A DNA stretch of 64,000 nt, from the NCBI RefSeq assembly GCF_006345805.1, contig NC_043025.1:4960001-5024000 (forward strand), given 5' to 3'. The DNA comes from Octopus sinensis. Lineage: Eukaryota. Shown here piece by piece: positions 23,985 to 36,650 of the stretch. The notes beneath the pieces are model-generated. The model was given only the letters and a program-made list of their open reading frames with translations, was not told the origin of the DNA and did not search any database. Numbering within the stretch: the first letter of the stretch is position 1; each line of letters starts with the position of its first letter. Position numbers and translations under genes: made by a program.

Positions 23985-24368
23985 TCTCTCTCTATATAAA
24001 CGGCAGTTTGTCTGTGCGTTTTCTGTGTGTCTGTTTTCTCGTACCCTCACTCTGACCACGGCTTTCAACCCGATTCTGATGAAACTTGACACACACATAG
24101 CCCAATGTCATAATTCAAACTAACGCAGAGCGAAAATTTTGAAAAGTTCCCCCAGTTCTGAAAAATATCGATAAATTCGACATGGGGTCGAGAAAAAGAA
24201 ACCCAAACCACAGACCGTCTAGGGGACGCAACTCCACCTTTTTTACTCTCAAAAAAATTTCCCATCATTTTTTTTCCATTTTTTTGCTATTTTTTGGCTA
24301 TAACTCTCTAAAAATGCTTTATAGTTATTTCCCTTACAAACCTGAGCAACGCCGGGCGATACTGCTAG
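23985..24368 (+). mobile_element. Non-autonomous Helitron, ~380 bp
   Basis: A|TC(tctctctatataaa) 5' end. 3' GC hairpin cctgagcaacgccggg plus 8 nt then CTAG|T. No TSD. Second copy at 35348-35727 (-). Confidence 0.75.
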
Positions 24369-24503
24369 TATATATATATATACACATACACACACATATA
24401 TATACACACATATACATACACACACATATATACATACATATATACACTAACATACATATACACATACATACATACATACATACACATACATATATATACA
24501 TAC

Positions 24504-24566
<63 letters not shown>

Positions 24567-24949
24567 GTCATATATATACATACACATATATACATACATA
24601 TATATACATATACATATATACACATACATACATATACACATACATACATATACACATACATACATATACACATACATGCATATATACATACAGACATATA
24701 TACACATACATACACATATATACATACACATACATACATACACACACATACATACATATACATACATACATACATATACATACATACATACATACATATA
24801 TACATACATACGTATATACATACATACATATACATACATACGTATACATACATTTACATACATACGTATACATACATATACATACATGCCATGTTGGATC
24901 GTTAACCCCTACACGCAATTTTTTTCTCTCCTTGTTTTTTTTCTGTGTA

Positions 24950-24987
24950 TCTTTCTGTTGAAGAGCGTAGGCTCGAAACGTAAAAGA
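24950..24987 (+). ncRNA. Minimal type I hammerhead ribozyme motif (variant core)
   Basis: Stem I tcttt/aaaga; core ctgTtga plus one extra a; stem II gagc-gtag-gctc; GAAAC-GTA. Confidence 0.55.
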
Positions 24988-25404
24988 CTTGTTTTATTTC
25001 TATTCCTGAGCGCCATATTAATACAATTGTTTGTTTGTACTCCACCTGCCTTCGTCTTTTGTTTATTTTCGTAAACCTTCCCGTTATATATACATATACA
25101 TACATATATATATATATTCACATATATACATATACATACATACATAATCAATCATACACATATATATACATATACATATATATACATATACATATATATA
25201 TACATACATACATACATATATATACATATATACATATATATATATATACATATATATACATATATATATATATACATACACATATATAATATATATATAT
25301 ACATATATATATATACATATATACACATACATATATATATACATATACACATACATATATATATACATATATACATATATATACATATATATATATATAC
25401 ATAT

Positions 25405-28262
25405 TTTTATTTATTTTATTTTATCTAGTTTCAGCTCACGAGCTGTGGCCATGCTGGGGCACCACCATTTGGTGTTGCTACATGATTTTACTTCATGAAT
25501 GCTTTTTAGCAACTGCCATTTGGTGCATGAGAGAGTTCGATGCAGCTGCCCTCATCTGCACCTCCTGCCGTGAAGTTGGTTCATCCGGGACACCTGACAG
25601 GAAGAGATCCAGTTCTACTTTAAAGACATCCGCATCCACCCCATGCAGGTCCCTCAGGTTCTTCGGGAGGATATTGAAGAGCTGTGGGCCTCTGAAGCCC
25701 AGTCTATCATAGTATCTTGTCCTACATCTTGATGGTAAATTTGGAGTCCTTGGCACCACGCAGTGGCGCCCAGTTCTGGCATTTGTGTAACTCTCGATGC
25801 CAAAGTTTGGGACAAATCCTTCCAGGATCTTCCAGATGTATATTATGGCATATCTTTCTCGCCTACGCTCCAAGGAATAGTTTTAATCTCTTGAGTCTTT
25901 CCCAGTAGCTTATATGCTGCACAGAGGCTATCTTCTTCGTGTAGCTTTGTTGGATCACCTCAAGTTCTGTGATCAACTTGACACTGGATGGTGACCATAG
26001 CTGCGAGCAATAGTCAAAGTGGCTTAGGACAAGTGTCCTCCAGAGGACCATCATGGTTTCTTGGTCTCTTGTTCTAAAGGTTCTAAGAATCCATCCGGTC
26101 AGCCGTCTACATTTCATTGCCAATTTAGCAACATGTACATGAAAGGTTGCGTCATCACTCATGTAAATACCCAGGTCACGCACTGATTGTGCCTCTGGGA
26201 TTGCAATTTCTTCAGGTCCAGTGTATTCATTGGGTATTGCATTTAGTTTTGCATGCTGATAGCATAAAGCTTGAAACTTTTCAGCATTGTACTGCATGCT
26301 ATTCTTTTCTGCCCACTTGTATATTTTGTCCAGCTCACATTGCAAGTGCTTAGTGTCTTCAGGGTTCTGTATTGCCTGTGAAACTTTTGTATCATCTGCA
26401 TAACTTGTGATCGTGGCTGAGGGCATGTCTGAGGGGGCCATTATGAACAGTAGTGGTCCCAAAACAGTGCCATGCGGAACACCGCTAACTATTTGCGTGT
26501 TAATGAAAGTGGCCCCATTGGCTACTACCACCTGACTTCTATCTTTCAGAAAGTCATGAAGCCATTCTCCCAGTTTTCCAACCATGCCAAGATCACGCAG
26601 TTTGTGACATATCATTCCATGATCGACTTTATCAAAGTCGAGATATATCACTTCCACATTTGAGTTGTTGAGCAGTCGTTTCAGCACCCAGTCATAGTGT
26701 TGTAGGAGCTGAGTTAAGCAGCTTCTTCCTGGTCGGAAACCATGTTGGGTGTCAGGCAGTAAGTCATTTTCTTCAAGGAAGGTGATTAGTTTCCTTCTGA
26801 CTATTCATTCTATGACCTTGCTGATGTGTGAGGTCAGAGAGATAGGTCTGTAGTTCTTGGCCTCCGCTCTGCTACCTCCTTTCTGAATAGGGCATATTTT
26901 ACCTTCCTTCAGTTTTCTTGGAAGTTTGCCAGTTGCAAGGAAGCTCTGAAAGAGAGACTGCAGTGGTCTTGCTAGGTACTCTCTTACATACTTTTAGAAG
27001 GATTGCTGGGAATCCATCGGGGCCAGTAGCTGAGTTTGTTTTCATTTCATCAGTAGTCTTTATTACATCGTCTTCCTTTATATCGATGTAATCAATCATC
27101 ACTGCCTCTGATTTTATATCTGCAGTGGTAAAGAAGTCAGTTGGATTGCTGACTTGAAAATGCCCTAGGGGTGGAGTGAAAATACTCTTGAATTGCTCAT
27201 TTAGTATTTCACTTACCCTCATTGGATTTCCTGTGAGTGTGCCGTCCTTTTCAAAGAGTGGCCCTATCCTACAGTGCACTGTAGCTGTTTCTTTGGCATA
27301 CCTGTAGAAAGCTCTGGCGTTAGATTTTATGTTGTCTATAGCCCAGGCTTCTTTGTCTGCTCTTTCCTTTTCATGGGAGAGTTGCAGACATTTTTCAATT
27401 TCCAACAGTTTTATTTTCAGGCGGGACTTTTCACTGCTTTCAATCTGTTTGTTCTGGGGATTTTGCTCTTGTGTACAGTGGCCTTTCTCTCTGGGACACA
27501 TTTGTAGCATATGGCTTGCATTACAGACATGAATTGTTGAAGTTTCATGTCGATGTCTGGTGAGGAGAGACATTCAGGCCAGTTTTGTTTGAGGATCTCT
27601 TTCTCAATTTGTTTCCAGTTTGCCTTATGGAAGTTCAAGCTGGAAAGATTCTGAGAGTTTCTTGTAGGCTGCATGTCCATGCTTTCCTTTGGCCCGTATA
27701 TGGTCAGCTCTACCATGTTGTGATCTGAGAGTAGTGTCACTTTCACATTATGTGTGAAGCAGAGATCCAGTAAGTTACCTGCCCTGGTTGGTTGGAGTAT
27801 TACTTGCTCCATGTACAGAGTGTTGATGAGGTTCAAGAGGGACCTCGCTCGCATCTTGTCATTCCTGGGAGAGAAAGGCCCTCGGGCCATCTGACATTGG
27901 GTAGATTGAAGTCTCCCATAAGAAGTACACTTATGTGTTGTTCTAATGTGACTAGAACTTCTTCTATTTTTATAAGGCAGTCTTCAAACTTGCCTGCATG
28001 GCTTGGGGCATCTGGAGGGCGATATGTAGCACATGTAACTACGCCAAGTTTCCTTATATGTACAATTAGTGTGTCACACACCGAGTTTGAGTATGACAAA
28101 AGGACCTGGGGTGTGAGGTCCTCACGGATGTACATAGCAACTCCTCCATGACTCCTTTCTTTTCTGTCGGTCCGTAGTACAACATACTGTGGTATGTGTA
28201 TTTCCGCATCTGCTATGTCTGGTTTCAGGTGTGTTTCCGTAAGTGCTATGCATAAGGCTTGA
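25405..28262 (-). mobile_element. 5'-truncated CR1/L2-group LINE, degenerate ORF2 (APE endonuclease + reverse transcriptase)
   Basis: IALTETHL, YRPP, MGDFNLP, LLDLCF, SDHN (endonuclease); GPDG, YLDF..DKVDH, SGVPHGTVLGPLLF, YADDTK (RT). Frameshifted. The 3' UTR ends ggtggtgccccagcatggccacagctcgtgagctgaaactag(ataaa)n. Confidence 0.9.
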
Positions 28263-28268
28263 TTGCAT

Positions 28269-28311
<43 letters not shown>

Positions 28312-28395
28312 ATATATGTATATAATATTATATATATTATATATATATATATGTATATTATATGTATATAGATATGTATATATATCTAATATAAT

Positions 28396-28426
<31 letters not shown>

Positions 28427-28517
28427 TATATATGTATTATATATATATTATATATATGTATATTAATATATATATATATGTATACTATATATGTATGTAT
28501 ATATATATGTATGTATG

Positions 28518-28550
<33 letters not shown>

Positions 28551-28621
28551 GTATGTATATGTATATATATATGATATATATATATATATATAATATACAT
28601 ATATATATATTAGATATATAT

Positions 28622-28686
<65 letters not shown>

Positions 28687-29510
28687 CATACATATATATA
28701 TATATATTATATATATATAATATACATACATACATACTATATATATATATACTATATATATATATATTATATATATACATACATAATATCTATATCTATA
28801 TAATATATATATAGACATACATACATACATATATATATATATATACATACATACATATATATATATACATACATATATATATATATACACCAATACATAT
28901 TATATACATCATCTATATCTATATATACATACATACATACATATATATATAACATACATACATATATTATATAATATATATACATATTATATATAATACA
29001 TACTACTATATATATATATACATACATACCTATATATACATACATACATACATATATATATATATACATACATACACATATATATATAATATACATACAT
29101 ATATATATATATACATACATACCTACATATATATTATATATACATACATACATATATATATATATACATACATACATACATATATATATTATATATACAT
29201 ACATACATCTATAATTATATATACATACATACATATATATATATAGACTACATACATACTATATATATATATATACATACATACATAATATATATATATA
29301 CATACATACATATATATATATATATACATACATACATACTACATATATATAATATATGCATACATACATACATACATATATATATATATGCATACATACA
29401 TATATATATATATATATACACATACATACATATATATATTATATATATACATACATACATACATATATATAGTATATATACATCACATACATACATATAT
29501 ATATATATGC

Positions 29511-29543
<33 letters not shown>

Positions 29544-29579
29544 CATACATATATATATATATATATACACAATACATAC

Positions 29580-29619
<40 letters not shown>

Positions 29620-29659
29620 CATATATATATATATATATATACATACATACAATATATCC

Positions 29660-29702
<43 letters not shown>

Positions 29703-29750
29703 CATATATATATATATATAATATATATTATATAACTACATACATAATAT
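28262..29750. repeat. Compound (TA)n/(TACA)n microsatellite, ~1.5 kb
   Basis: Direct inspection. Similar tracts at 24370-24890, 25085-25405, 30230-30728, 32580-32780, 32920-33520, 33950-34230, 35070-35345, 43070-43370, 43900-44520, 45070-45640, 47430-47690 and 52320-52480. Confidence 0.95.
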
Positions 29751-29960
29751 ATATTATGTGAAATAGAAAGATAATAATCTTGTTGGCAGATTAATCAAAA
29801 GTTTAAACGATAAATTGGTAGCAAAAATCACAGCAGAAGACAGCACGGTTGGAGGTACAACCATATGGTGTTGCAACCGTGCGTTGGTGCGGATATTGAA
29901 TTTTAATATTATTAGTGATTGAAGAAATGGAGTTGAACGAAGATTGAACAGAAACGTTTT

Positions 29961-30058
29961 ATTTCATTCCACACGTGTTTCGAAAGGCACAATTTACCAA
30001 ATTCCGATTGAATAATGAGACCATATTGTGTCTTTCTCTTCAGGAAGAAATAGGAAAT
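29961..30058 (-). ncRNA. Type I hammerhead ribozyme motif, left arm of a palindrome
   Basis: CTGAAGA (30037-30043); stem II gaaagacaca/tgtgcctttc; GAAAC (29977-29981); palindromic stem III acacgtgt; triplet GTG (not NUH); stem I atttcttc/gaatgaaat. Confidence 0.72.
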
Positions 30059-30082
30059 CCGTTGTTTCGTTTTTTCCAACGG

Positions 30083-30177
30083 ATTTCCTATTTCTTCCTG
30101 AAGAGAAAGACACAATATTGTCTCATTATTCATCGGAATTTGGTAAATGTGCCTTTCGAACACGTGTAGAATGAAAT
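30083..30177 (+). ncRNA. Type I hammerhead ribozyme motif, right arm of a palindrome
   Basis: CTGAAGA (30098-30104); same stem II; GAAC (one A short); acgt; GTA triplet (30166-30168); stem I restored by gaatgaaat. Confidence 0.72.
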
Positions 30178-30728
30178 AAAACGATTTCTGTTCAATTTTC
30201 GTTCAACTCCATTCTTCAATTCACTATAATAATATCATATTATTATATATATAAATACATATATTATACTATATATATATATTACATACATATATATAAT
30301 ACATCATATATATATATATATATATATACATACATCTATATACATATAAATATACAATACATATATACATACATCATATATATATATACATACATATATA
30401 TATATATATACATATATATATTATACATACATATATATATATATTATATACATACATATATATATACATACATATATATATATTATATATATATATATAC
30501 ATACATATATAATATATATATATACATACATATATATATACATACATATATATATATATACATACATAATATACATATATATATACATACATATATATAT
30601 ACATACATATATAATAGATATATACATACATATTATATATACATACATATATATAATATACATACATATATATATATATACATACATATATATATACATA
30701 CACATATATATATATATATATACATATA

Positions 30729-32180
30729 TCACCTTGACCAACCAGTCAGTCAGGCGTCCATTTGACACCGCTGGTCACAGCGAGCTGTCCACTCATCTCT
30801 GGATCGCGCCTTTCTCATCCATGTGATCCCAATCGTCCTCCTGAAATCGTAACTCCACCGATGTGGAGGTCTTCCGGGTGGTCTTTTCCGCTCACGCGGG
30901 TACCACTCGACAACTGCGTGCGTCCACCAATTATCGGTGAGCCGGGCGACGTGTCCAGCCCATCTGTACTTGCTGCGTGTATACTCTGCGATGACATCTC
31001 TCACGCCGGACTTCTTTCTGATGATCTTGCTACTTATGTGCTCTCTCAACGAGATACCAAGCATTGACCTTTCCATGGCTCTGGTAAGGGCGAGGGTCGT
31101 CATCGACGGGAAGAGGGAGAGGATGGCGTTATATTTGTCGTCGAAGGGAAAACGTGTCCGAGTCTACAATGAGGCAAAGCTGCAGGAAGCCATCATGCAG
31201 GAAGACTGATGCCAAGGAGACGACATAGATGATGACTACAACTCACTGATAGGGAAACTGAAGGAGTGTTTAAGGAAGGCTAAGGGAGTATGCCCAAGAG
31301 AAAAGAAGGGAAGAATCTCGAAAGAAACTATGAAGATACTCGAGAAGAGGCAAAATACGAAGAGGACTATTGAAGATCACCTTGAATATTCCAATCTCAG
31401 CAGAGTGATTCGTCAGCAACAAAAGAAAGACTCTGAGGCATTCCGGATGGAGAAGCTCTTAAAGGCCGCAGAGGAAAAGAAGAGCCTCAAGAAATGCAAG
31501 AGGGACATGGTACTATATAGATCGGAGGTGACGGCCCTGAAAAATACAGATGTAATACCTATTTCTTTATTACCCACAAGGGGCTAAACACAGAGGGGAC
31601 GAACAAGGACAGACATGGGTATTAAGTCGATTACATCGACCCCAGTGCGTAACTGGTACTTAATTTATTGACCCCGAAAGAATGAAAGGCAAAGTCGACC
31701 TCGGCGGAATTTGAACTCACAACGTAACGACAGACGAAATACGGCTACGCATTTCGCCCGGCGTGCTAACGTTTCTGCCAGCTCGCCTACAGATGGAATA
31801 CCGGTCAATGAGAAGAGCGAGATGGAAAAAGTTTGTGAAGACTTCTACACCAAGCTCTTTAAGTCTACCAGAAATGTCCAGCCGTTACCACCACTCCAAC
31901 AGGAAGAAAACATGCCACCTATCCTTGTCAGTGAGGTTAAAAGAGCCATCGGCTCGATGAAAAATGGAAAGGCTCCAGGGAAAGACGGTATAACATTGGA
32001 GGTGCTAAAGTCAGGCAGAGAGCAGCTCTGGAAAATCCTCGCTGAGCGATTTACGCACTATCTTGATGAGGGAAGAATTCCCTCACAGTGGAAAGAGTCA
32101 AATACCATCCTGCTGTATAAGAAGGGCGACAGAGAAGATCTAAAGAACTACCAACCCATATGCCTGCTGTCTCACATGTA
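30729..32180. mobile_element. RTE-clade LINE with inverted 5' segment
   Basis: 30729-31095 (-): TRAMERSMLGISL...RWAGHVAR...RPPGRPPHRW and a short repeat tail. 31085-32180 (+): RARVVID...PPILVSEVKRAI..MKNGKAPGKDGI...[29 protein letters not shown]. Confidence 0.85.
31553..31787 (-). mobile_element. tRNA-derived SINE family B inserted in the RTE
   Basis: Full-length unit with 8-bp TSD tacagatg (31545-31552, 31788-31795). Other copies at 42591-42820 (+), 47240-47420 (+) and 57770-57870 (-). Degenerate relatives are scattered across 44700-63900. Confidence 0.88.
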
Positions 32181-32269
32181 CATACATACATATATATATG
32201 CATATATATATATATACATACATATATATATATATACATACATATATATATATATATACATACATATAT

Positions 32270-32585
32270 AAGGTGCCAAAGATTCCAACATCACCATCAA
32301 AATACAGGTCCACATATTGCAACAGCTTCCCTAAATGCCTGAGAGACTTGCATGGTGTGGATGTGGGTTTCTTTAAAACTAAACTGGATCTCTTCTTGTC
32401 GGGAGTCCCAGATGAACCTACCTCACGACAGGAGACGCAGATGCGGGCAGCAGCATCAAACTCCCTTGTTGATCAAGTGCCATGTATCAGAGGTGGATTC
32501 ACATATTAGTGTAGCTCATTCAGCGGTGGTGCCCCAGCATGGCCACGGCCTTCGGGCTAAAACATTTTTAAGGATTTAAGGATTT
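32270..32585 (+). mobile_element. 3' fragment of a CR1/L2-group LINE related to 25405-28262
   Basis: [46 protein letters not shown] is near-identical to ORF 25493-25873. Tail ggtggtgccccagcatggccacggccttcgggc...(aaggattt)n. Confidence 0.85.
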
Positions 32586-32625
32586 ATGCATATATATACA
32601 TATATATACATACACATATATACAT

Positions 32626-32664
<39 letters not shown>

Positions 32665-32818
32665 CATACAAATATATATATACATACATAGATACATACA
32701 TATATATATATATACATACATATATATTTATATATATATACAAACATACACATATATATATATACATACATCTATGAATAAATGAAAGAATGGAGTTGAA
32801 CGACGATTTAACAAAATT

Positions 32819-32913
32819 CCTTTATTCTCGTCATATGTTTCGAAGGCTGCATATTCCTAATTTCGAAGGAATAAGGGGTGCATTATGCTGCCTTCTCATC
32901 AGGAGAGACAAGG
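32819..32913 (-). ncRNA. Type I hammerhead ribozyme motif with GAC at the cleavage triplet
   Basis: CTGATGA (32896-32902); 11/12-bp stem II gaaggcagcata/tatgcagccttc; GAAAC-atat-GAC; stem I ccttgtctctc/gagaataaagg with a 3x3 internal loop. Confidence 0.72.
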
Positions 32914-33527
32914 AACTCATATATATATTATATTATAGATATATGTTATTTATATATATATTAATATATATATATATTATATTATATATATATTATATTA
33001 ATTATTATATATTATTTATATATTATATATATATATTATATATATATTGTATATATTATATCTATATATATATTATATTATATATATATATATTAATATA
33101 TTATATATATATATATATATAATATATATATTATATTATATATATATTATATTATATTATTATATTATATTATATATATTTAATTATATATATATTATAT
33201 TATATTATATATATATTATATTATATTATATAATATATATATATATTATCTTATATATTATATATATATTATATTATATATTATATATATATATTTATAT
33301 TAGATATATATATATTATATATTATATATATATTATATTATATATTATATATATATTATATTATATATATATTATATTATATATTATATATATTATTATT
33401 TATATTATATTATATTATATATATATATTATATATATATATTATATTCTATATATTATATATATTATATTATATTAATTATATATATTATTTATTCTATA
33501 ATAATTATTATTATAATTAGTAATATC

Positions 33528-33950
33528 TCGCTGCCGCTGGTCAGCTCCATGAGGCCACCGCCTTAAGATAGCTATTGATACACGATCTGTATCCATTATA
33601 ACCTTCGAACAAGGGAGGTCAGCCGCTTCACACTGCCAGTCCGACAGCTACAGACGCGTTTTGGGGTATTGCCCCTTGTCAATGTAGCGCAGTCAGACCC
33701 CGCAGGTGTTGCCACTGACGTCTCTGTTCGAAGGTTTCTATTTACCTAGTTTCAGTGGAATACATCCACTTGTTTTCAATAATAGGAATATTAAAATTAC
33801 TAAGTCTCTATAAAAGAGATTACAGCAGCGTTTACTGGAAATTAATTGTTATCGCCATATTAATATGGCATTCTTATAGATATAAGAATAATCGCTGCCG
33901 CTGGTCAGCTCCATGAGGCTACCGCCTTAAGATAGCTATTGATACACGAT
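33528..33950 (-). mobile_element. Retrozyme/Penelope-LTR-like unit: 364-bp period with 59-bp terminal direct repeats
   Basis: Direct repeats 33528-33586 and 33892-33950; internal 12-bp inverted repeat 33600-33611/33725-33736; decayed hammerhead at 33647-33688. Confidence 0.6.
33647..33688 (-). ncRNA. Decayed minimal type I hammerhead ribozyme motif
   Basis: gctaca-TtgacAa-gggg-caata-cccc-Aaaac-gc-GTC-tgtagc. Three transitions away from CTGACGA...GAAAC, with all helices intact. Confidence 0.65.
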
Positions 33951-35347
33951 ATAATATAATATATATAATATAATATATATATAATATAATATATAATATT
34001 AATATATATATAATATATAATATATAATATAATATATATAATATATTATATTATATATAATTATTATATTATATATAATATTATATTATATTATATATAT
34101 ATATTATATTATATATATATGTTATATTATATATATATTATATTATATATATATTATATTATATATATATTATATTATATATAATATTATATTATATATA
34201 TATATATATATATTATATTATATATATATCTCTCTCTCGCTATGTGGTGTCGGTTCTCCCTCTGTTTTCACTGTCTCTCTCTCTCTCTCTCTCTCGGTAT
34301 ATATCTCACCTTCACTCGCTTCCACAGGCTTAGCCAATACCGCAGGATGAAAAACATCAGCTAAGTTCCCGACCTGTTTCCTCTTTTCATTGTTTTTGCA
34401 AGCCTTATTATTATTGTATCCCCATATAATAGCGTTATCGTTGTCTTTCGTCTCAAATGCTAGCTGAAGCATAAAAACTTTCACTCACAAAAACTTATTC
34501 ACACCACCGCAAAGCATTTCATCTCAATCCTGTCTTCTTTCTGCCGCCTAAAACCTCATCTTTCCCAATGCGCGGTGCGGATTGGGAATCCCTCCCACCC
34601 CCACCACCAATACCGGATATCTCTATATTTTGCTCCATCTATACCGGATGTCGCTTCTCCCACCTCCATTATAGGTGTCTACTCTTCGAACCCCCCTCTT
34701 CAATACGCTATTTCACCATGCATTACCCCTATCTCGATATCCTACGTTCTACTTGCCTAGAACCTGTCATCATTTCTCTGAACCACCCCTCCCCACTGGT
34801 GCTCCCCTATATTTCTGCACCCCTCTCCACATAAAAAGCACCATCCGAACGTGGCCGATGCCAGACCCCTCTGGCACCTGTGCAGGTGGCACGTAAAAAA
34901 CACCCACTACACTCGCGGAGTGGTTGGCGTTAGGAAGGGCATCCAGCTGTAGAAACACTGCCAGACTAGACTGGAGCCTGGGGCAGTCCCGAGCTCCCCA
35001 GACCCCGGTCGAAACCGTCCAACCCGTGCTAGCGCGGAAAACAGACGTTAAATGATGATGATGATGATGATATTATATTATATATTATATTATATTATAT
35101 ATATGTTATATTATATATAGATATAATTATATTATATATATATTATATTATATATTATTATATTATATATTTATTATAATATTTATTACTATATTATATA
35201 TTATATTATTATATATATATTATATATATATATTATAGTACATTATATATATATATAGTACATTATATATTATATATATATTAATATATATATTATAGTA
35301 CATTATATTATATATATATTATATATATATATATATTATATATTATA

Positions 35348-35727
35348 CTAGCAGTATCGCCCGGCGTTGCTCAGGTTTGTAAGGGAAAAACTATAAAGCA
35401 TTTTTAGAGAGTTATAGCCAAAAATAGCAAAAAATGGAAAAAAAATGATGGTAAATTTTTTTTTTAGTTAAAAAAGGTAGAGTTGCATCTCCTAGACAGT
35501 TTGCGGTTTGTGTTTCTGATTCTCGACCCCATGTCGAATTTATCGATTTTTTTCAGAACTGGGGGAACTTTTCAAAATTTTTGCTGCGTTAGTTTTGAAT
35601 TATGACATTGGGCTATGTGTGTGTCAAGTTTCATCAGAATCGGTTGAAAGCCGTGGTCAGGGTGAGGGTACAAGCAAACAGACACACAGAAAACGCACAG
35701 ACAAACTGCCGTTTATATAGAGAGAGA
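35348..35727 (-). mobile_element. Non-autonomous Helitron, second copy
   Basis: Reverse complement of 23985-24368 with the same TC and hairpin-CTAG ends, inserted in an AT microsatellite. Confidence 0.75.
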
Positions 35728-36361
35728 TATATATTATATTATATTATATATATATTATATTATATTATATTATATATATATATTATATTATATACATATT
35801 ATATTATATATATATTATCATCATCATCATCATCGTTTAACGTCCGCTTTCCATGCTAGCATGGGTTGGACGGTTCAACTGGGGTCTGGCAAGCCTGAAG
35901 GCTGCACCAAGCCAGTCAGATCTGGCAGTGTTTCTACAGCTGGATGCCCTTCCTAACGCCAACCACTCCGAGAGTGTAGTGGGTGATTTTATGTGCCACC
36001 GACACAGGTGCCAGACGAGGCTGGCAGACGGCCTTGCTCGGATGGTGTTTTTTATGTGTCACCGACACAGGTGCCAGACGAGGCTGGCAGACGGCCATGC
36101 TCGGATGGTGTTTTTTATGTGCCACCGACACAGGTGCCAGAAGAAGCTGGCAGACGGCCACGCTTGGATGGTGTTTTTGGTGTTTTCTTATGTGCCACTG
36201 ACACAGGTGCCAGACGAGGCTGGCGAACGGCCACGATCGGATGGTGTTTGTTACGTGCCCACAGCACGGAGGCCAGTCGATGCGGTACTGGCTACGGTCT
36301 ATATTATATTATATATATATTATATATATATTATATTTTATTATATTATATTATATACACA

Positions 36362-36650
36362 TATTAGATTGGCAACTAAGTTGCTTTAAATTTTGGAATA
36401 CAGTTTTTTTCAAGAATTCTATCTTTGAATCACTTTGGAATCGATTTTGTTTTTTTGTTTTTCTAGTTAATTATAATTAATTTTTGTTTATTTTCAGATC
36501 ATTAAAATGGGATGTCAAGTTAAGAAAAACGAGCATTTTCAACACCTGCTTCTTTTTGAGTGAAAACCTTTTAATCAAGGTTCATAGGCTGCGAAAGCTG
36601 CTCGCTACATTTGTGCCGTGTATGGAGTGGGTGCCATAGCTGAAAGAACT
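36362..36650 (+). mobile_element. Mariner 5' fragment (same family as 10815-12625)
   Basis: tattagattggcaactaag TIR and MGCQVKKNEHFQHLLLF start. Confidence 0.75.

Noticed and set aside
23266-25402. Y/I/H/T- and M/Y/V/C-rich ORFs here and at 28259-30768, 33047-33520, 43113-45641 and 52759-55005
   Set aside because: Artefacts of (TA)n/(TACA)n microsatellites.
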